This document shows positions 28,200 to 34,417 of a DNA stretch of 34,417 nucleotides, one piece after another. This stretch comes from Fonticula alba ATCC 38817. Lineage: Eukaryota; Protista; Nucleariida. The position numbers were made by a program, and so were the translations under genes. Where the stretch lies: assembly GCA_000388065.2 (NCBI GenBank), contig KB932214.1; one strand, 5' to 3'. Position 1 is the stretch's first letter; each line of letters begins with the position of its first letter. Below the pieces are notes generated by a model. That model saw only the letters and a list, made by a program, of their open reading frames with translations. It was not told the DNA's origin and did not search any database.

Positions 28200-30250
28200 G
28201 GGGGGGGGGGAGATGGGCACACAAGGCGGCCCCACCCCGGGCCGGGTTGCGGTCGGCCGTCACACTCCGGCCGGCCGGACACACCTCTCCAAGCGCCGGC
28301 AATGGCTCGGGCGAAGATAACGGAGGCTGGCCGGCCTCGTAACGGGCCCCTGTACCCCGCCCCCCCTCCCCCCTCCACCGGTGCCCCCGCCCCGGCGTCT
28401 CAGCGACCGCGAGTGCCCCTCTTGTGGCACCGATAGGCCGGGCGAGCCGGAGCACCCGCGCAAGAAGGCGTGTGCGCGCCGGCGTGCGCGCGCTCAGCTT
28501 GCCGGCCTCATGCCGGCGGAGGACACGGGTGCCCCTGGTCGCACTCGGGCGAACCGTGGGCCGCGTCTGGAAAAGAAAAAAGAAAACCTTATCGTCGTGC
28601 GCCCAAGAGGGCAGGGCTTCCCCCAGCCGCATCTCCTAAGCTCGGAGGAGCCGGAGCAGCAGGATGCGTCCCCCGGCCCGGGTCCCGTCGCCGGAGAGTG
28701 CCGCCGGAAGGCGGGCGGCCCAGATAACCGCGCTTCCTGGGGCAAAGGGATGGCCGCGGCCGGGGCGGCCGGCCTGACGAGGAGCCGGCAGGCGGGGGAG
28801 GTACACACAGATGAAGCCGGTTAATGCGCGTTCCCGGGTGCACACGAAGGAGAAGGGGGGACTTGGAATTCGGCGCCGGCTTGTTTGGGAGCCTGGGGGC
28901 GGGGGTCTCCTCGCCCAAGTGATCAGCGGGGTGGTGCCATGAAGTGTGTATGCGTGCCTGCATGTGTCTACGCGTTTGTGTGCGCGCGCGCGCTTTGCAG
29001 GGATGTTTGCGAGGTCTTGGTGCGCCGGAAGTCCGCGCATGCACACAGCTCTTCCCCCCTCGGCTGGGGGAGGCGGCGGAGGGGCGCAGGGGGGCGGGGG
29101 GGGGGGGGACAGAATAAAAGCCCGGGGACGGGAGAGCAAGTTCACCGCGGCAGGCAGCAGCGCCTGGCCAGGAAGATAAGCTGCTCCCCGGCCGGCTGGC
29201 CGGCTAACCTTGCTCCCGCGCGGTACATGCTGCGTTGGCCAATGGGGTGGCCTCTGCCGCCCCGGGGGGCCTCCCCACAGGGGCGGGGGGGGGGGGGGCA
29301 GCGGGAACCAGCTTATCTTGCCAGTGCGCAGAAATGCGCCCGCCCCGACACTCCCCCTGGGGGGCGCGCCCACCTGCCGGGCCCCCCACCCCTGGGCCCT
29401 CCTCCCCGGCCGGGCAGGCGTGTGCGTGCATGGTCAGCTCTCCCTGGGGAGCCAGTTGCCCTGGGCCGCGCGAGCACCACAAAACAGGGAGCGAGGACCC
29501 GGCCAGGAAGCGGAGAACCACATCCGCGCACGCACACACGCGCGCATGCACATACGACACAAGCCCCGTCGAGTGTTCGGGGCGCCCCCACACCGGGGAC
29601 AAGATGACCCGGAGAGAGGGGGACATCCAAAAGGCCGGGCGCCCCCGGGCCCCAGGAGGACACAATACACATTCGCACGGTGATTTCACGCTCCCCCGCG
29701 CCTGAGGGGAAGGGGGAAGGGCGAGGGGGGGGGGGGGTACGGCGGCGCTGGCGCCAGCGCCGCCGACGATCGGGCACGGTCGAAACCGCAACACAGTGGA
29801 CACACGGCGACGACCCTGCCCCGGCCTCCGGGCCTGGGAGGAGCGGTCGCCCGTCGGTCGCAAGCGGCCGGCCCCTGCAACCCCCCTTCCACGCCGAGCG
29901 AGTGTGGCGGCCGCGCTCCCCCGGGGCACTGGGCCGGCCGAGCCGCAAACAACGCTGGCTCCACTCAACCCGCGCCCGGGCCAGGTGCAAGGGGCGCCCG
30001 GCGTTCGGCGAGGAGCCGCCAGCCCGAGAAGAAGGGTCCCGGGGCGAGAGCGATGGCACCCGGCCCGACACGCGGAAGACGGACGCTTGACGCTTCCACA
30101 CACACACACACACACACACCCCGGTGTCCCGCGCGCCCGGCCAGCTGACAGGGGACGCAGGACTCGCCACCCCGAGGTCTGATCTTGCTCCCGGTGGGGG
30201 AGGGGGGGGGGGGGGGGGGCAGCGGCGGCGGCGGCGGCGGCAAGACACAC

Positions 30251-30479
30251 CTTGCAATTTCCTCCGAGTGAAGTGTGATTTGCGACCGGTCGGAGGACAG
30301 CAGGATCAGCGAGTACTTGCGCACTCGGCCACGACACGAGAAATCCCGCACGGAAAAGAGGTACGCCAGGGCCGTGCCGCAGGAGGCAAGGGCAGTGTTC
30401 TTCTTTCGCCCCGGCTCTCTTGCCAGCCACCAGCCTTCCGCCGACCCGGGCGGTCCGAGGGGGGGGGGGGGGGGCCGGG

Positions 30480-30525
<46 letters not shown>

Positions 30526-30863
30526 CGCGGAGATGCGGGATGTGGGAAAGCGATGCCCCGCAAGTGTGTCTCCTTCCCCGGCGCTTACCCTGGCCCATGC
30601 GAAAACACCCTGCGCCCCGCGCCCCCCGCCCCCGGCTCTCCTTTCTCCTGCGTTCTCCGCCCCCTGTTGCGAGCACACGCGGGTCGGGCCTTGCCCGTGA
30701 GAACCCCGACCTCCGAGCCGGGGGGGGGGGTAGACCGCCCGCGCCCGGGCCCCACGGGTGCGGGCAGTACACCGTGCGCGGACCCCCCCCCCCCCCCCCC
30801 CCCCGCGGGGACCGTCCTCCCCTGAAGAGCTTGTACCGAGCCGGAGGCACTTTGTGCGGAGCC
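30251..30863 (-). CDS. FLCN: Partial folliculin-family (FLCN/Lst7/SMCR8-type longin) gene; at least two exons recognised, ends unresolved
   Basis: Segment 30378-30251 translates GTALAYLFSVRDFSCRGRVRKYSLILLSSDRSQI and aligns without gaps to recalled FLCN [34 protein letters not shown]; it ends at an AG|GT donor. Upstream CAG/GT-bounded exon 30863-30813 gives LRTKCLRLGTSSSGEDG, resembling FLCN VRQACVRSLSCEVCPGREG. Confidence 0.55.
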
Positions 30864-31396
30864 CTGCACACCCGCGCGTCTCAGGCGCGTGCGTGTGTGT
30901 ATGTGTACGCCCCCGCCCTGCCACTCGGCCCGCATCACTCTCCGAGCAATGTGGGCCCTCTCGGGCGGAAAGTCCCGGGACTCTCTCATCTCCGCCCCCG
31001 GCCGGGGGTCAGTCGGGCAGGCCGTCGCATCGCCGGACGCCAGGATGAATGAACGCACATGCGCCCAGGAGGGGAGGGGGAGGACGCTTTCATCGTCCCC
31101 AGCCCCCGTCCCACCGGCCCTGGGGCCCAACAGCCCCCCCGGCCAGGGGACACGCCCCCCCCCCCGTGTGTGTGTGTGGAAGCACTATCTGCCACCGGTC
31201 CCCGGAGCCACGACAGCCCCGATCGCTGGCCGATCAGCCCCGACTGACGTCGACGTGACATGGAGAGCGGCCTCGCTCACGGCCGGGAAGCCACACACGC
31301 AGAAAAAAAGGAAGGCACAAAGGCGGGTGAACAAACAACACAGAACAGGACCGACTCTCGGTGAAGGCGCGCCCCGGGCATATGCGGCCAAACTAT

Positions 31397-31402
31397 TTTA
31401 TT
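31397..31402 (-). terminator. AATAAA poly(A) signal, probably for the CHK2-like gene
   Basis: TTTATT on + in an AT-rich patch downstream of the kinase gene. Confidence 0.5.
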
Positions 31403-31528
31403 GTCCATTAAAATGCAAGCAGACACGCCGGGGGGGGGGGGGGGGACACACGTACGCACACCGCGCGCACAGCATGGGCCACATGCATGCACACACACAC
31501 ACACACACGCACACGCACCCAGGAGCCC

Positions 31529-31588
31529 NNNNNNNNNNNNNNNNNNNNNNNNNNNNNNNNNNNNNNNNNNNNNNNNNNNNNNNNNNNN
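31529..31588. other. Assembly gap (60 N), probably hiding the CHK2-like stop codon
   Basis: N run at the end of the coding-like frame; sequence beyond it is (GT)n-rich and UTR-like. Confidence 1.
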
Positions 31589-31984
31589 CCGCCTCATTCG
31601 CCGTGGAGGAGGCGTTTGCGGATGCCGCCCCGCCGCGCGACTCCTCCGACCGGGCTGGCTCCGAGCCCGGGCCGCCAGCAGCCGGTGAGAGGAGTCCAGT
31701 GAGCCGGCCCGCCGCCGGCGCCGGGCAGGGGGAGCCGACACTGGCCGCGCGACCAGCAAAGGGGCCCGATCCGATGGCCGACCCCGGGGTCTGGACGAGG
31801 GCCGGCGTGCTGCCGCCGGGCGCGTCGTCGCTCTGGGCCTCACCACGAAGCAGAGCCACTCGCCCGGGCAGCGGCGAGGCAGCACCCGTGGGAGTGGCAT
31901 TGCCAGCGGGGCCGGAGACGGGGGCAAGGGTGGCGGCGGTGGCGGCGGTGGCGGCGGCGGTGGCGGCGGTGGCGGCAGCAGTGC

Positions 31985-32019
<35 letters not shown>

Positions 32020-34396
32020 GTAGTAGAAGTAGAAGTAGAAGTAGAAGTAGAAGTAGAAGTAGAAGTAGTGGCAGCAGCAGTACCAGCAGCGGCAGCGGCA
32101 GCAGCAGCAGCAGCAGCAGCAGCGGTGGCGGTGGCCGGCGCCATGCCAGGCTCTCCGCTAAAGGCCGGCGCCGAGGCCACCGGGCGCTGGCGCGCAAACA
32201 GCAGGTCCACGACTCGGCGCGTGGTGGGGTCCTGCAGCCAAGGGTGCAGGATGGCACGCTCGGCCGTAAACCGCCGGGCCGGATCCACCTGCAGCAGGTT
32301 CGAAATCAGGTCCTTCGCCTCGTCAGACACCGACTGCCAGACTGGCGTGCTGAAGTTCAGCAGGCCCTCCTGCACGAGCTCCTGCGTCCGGCGGATGTTG
32401 TGCGGCGAGTAGAAGGGCAGCTCCCTCGACAGAAGCGCATACAGGATGACCCCGAGCGACCAGCAGTCCACCAGGCTGTCGTACTGCGATTGTTGCAGGA
32501 TCTCCGGCGCAATGTATGCCAGTGTCCCGCAAAAGGTGTTCATCAGGAAGGAATGGTCATTCAGGTAGCGTGATAGGCCGAAATCCGCCACCTTGATGGC
32601 CATGTGGCCCCGTAGGATGGGCTGCTGTTCCAGGTCCGCGTGTGTCAGGTTCTGGATGAGGATGTTCTCCGGCTTCAGGTCCCGGTGCACGATGTTCTTC
32701 TGGTGCAGGTCGATCACCGCCAGCAGCAGCTGGAAGAAGACCACCTTGGCCTGCTCCTCGCGCAGGGGTCCCTCCGTGCGGAGCTTCTTGAAGAGCTCCC
32801 CGCCGCCGACGCTGGCCACCGGGCGGTGTGACGAGTGTGTGCAAGGGGGGGGGGGGGGGGGTTCGTTCGGGGGCATTTCGGGGATTGCATGACGGTGCGC
32901 GTGTGTGTTTGTGTGAGAGAGAGGGAGAGAGAGAGAGAATGAGAAAGGGACAAAGGGACAAAGGGACAAAGACACAGGGACAGAGGGGAGGCAGGCGGGA
33001 GGTGGATCGACTCGGGCATGCACGCGCGTGTGTGCGCGCGCGCGCGAGGGGCGAGGGACAAGGAATAGGTCACATACAACTCGATGATCAAGTACACGGA
33101 GGTGGGCGACTCCAGGACGTCGTAGATCTTGACGATGAAGGGGTGATCCACCAACTTCATGATGGTGATTTCCTGGCGGAGGTTCTTCGTGGTCTTGTCG
33201 CTTGTGAGCATCTGCTTCTTGTCGATCATCTTGACAGCCACGCGCTCGCCGGACACTCGGTCAAAGCCGAGATTCACCTGGGCGAATTGCCCGCTGCTCA
33301 CGCAGGGGAGAGATAGAGGGGGGAGAGGTGGAGGCCGGGAAACAGGGGGACATAGACAGAGGGAGAGAGACGGAGGGACAAAAAAAAAGACAGAGGGGGG
33401 AGACGTCAGCATTGGGGCCGGGGGCCGCGCATACACGTGTCAGGACGCCCGCGCACCTGCCCAGTCGAATGGATGTGATGTGGTAATTCCCGGTCAACAG
33501 CACGGCCCCGGCGTCGCTGTCGGCCGGGTAACTGAAGGCATCCATGAAGATGAAACTCAAGCCGGAGTCCCCGGGCGGGAAGCGCGAGGAGATGGTGATG
33601 ACATCCCGGTGTTTGAGGGTGATCTGCGCGCCGCGATTCAGCATATACCCGTTGACGAAGGTGCCATTGGTGGAGTTGCTATCCTGGATGATGTGTGACA
33701 CACCGTCCGGGCTTTCGGCTTTCGGCATGGCCGAGGGAGACACACCGACGGGGGGGGGGGGGGGGGGGGGGGGGGAGAATGAGCCGGGTATGTTAGAAAG
33801 CCGCCGCGACAGGCACACCGTGTGGGGGCAGGTGCAAGAGGGGAGGCAGACCGGGGGACGGCACGAACAGGACAAAATCCGGCAGTGCTGCTTGCTGACC
33901 GTCTCATTTTGGATGAACACCTCCAGGCCGTTGCGCCGGCCGAAGAGGATCTCCGGCGTCGCGCGCGAAAGGATGTGCTCCCGCCTCATGTCAAGGGAGA
34001 AGAGGCGGCCCCACACCTGCGAGGCCGAGGCGCTGGCAGGGGTGCTGGATGCCAGCATGGCCGGGGACGAGACAGGTGCCGAGGGAGCGAGGGAGGGAGA
34101 AAAGCAGGGTGAGACCGGGGGGGGGGGGAGGGAGGGAGGGAGGGAAAGGGCGAGGGGGGGCCGGCAACGGCGAGATCGTACACATTGATCTCCAGGTCTA
34201 CGGGCAGGGTCTGGGTCTGGGTCTGGGTGTCGGTCTGACCATCACCAGGGCTGGCCAAAGCCGGCGGCGCGGGCGGCGGCAGTTCCGGCTCCTGCTCTTG
34301 GAGCCGCCCTGCCTGGTGCGGCTCGGGCTGCTGGGGCTCGGGCTGCCCCGGCTGATCGGGCACCGGCGTCGCGGGAGGAGAAATGGCCGACTCCAT
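31529..34396 (-). CDS. CHEK2: CHK2/Cds1/Dun1-like checkpoint kinase (TQ cluster, FHA, CAMK-type kinase); 3' end runs into a gap
   Basis: N-terminal TDTQTQTQT; FHA VWGRL..LFGR..VSKQHC..STNGTFVNG; kinase LG|SGQFAQV, VAVK, HRDLKPEN, DFG, MNTFCGTLAYIAPE, DCWSLGVIL, AKDLISNLLQVDPARR. First intron 34183-34017, with further GT-AG introns. Confidence 0.9.
31930..32130 (-). repeat. Coding microsatellites in the CHK2-like tail: poly-Ala tracts and (GTAGAA)n encoding (TS)n
   Basis: (GCA)n, (GTAGAA)x~7 and (GGCGGT)n read directly. Confidence 0.9.
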
Positions 34397-34417
34397 GGCT
34401 GCAGAAAGGGGAAGGGG

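Overview
GC-rich, intron-rich eukaryotic genomic DNA from a draft assembly with 5 N-gaps, mostly flanked by G/C homopolymers. Gene content and style point to a unicellular opisthokont; Fonticula-like is my inference, not verified. Most of the six-frame ORF track is GC-driven noise, so genes were rebuilt by hand across GT-AG introns. In order: ABCD1/2-like peroxisomal ABC half-transporter (+), 93-aa DASH/Dam1 subunit Dad1-like gene (-), intronless LRR protein (+), SLX4 (-), mitochondrial ATPase inhibitor IF1 (+), mitochondrial TM/coiled-coil protein (-), ALKBH1 (+), FBXW7/Cdc4 (-), a hidden folliculin-like gene fragment (-) and a CHK2/Cds1-like FHA kinase (-). The main points of interest are the Dad1-like micro-gene, the cryptic folliculin-family exons, an FBXW7 apparently missing WD repeat 6 and carrying a ~600-aa C-terminal tail, an ABCD with His-to-Gln at the switch (H-loop), and two mitochondrial genes whose stop codons are 15 nt apart. 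All family calls come from recalled motif alignments; no database search was run.
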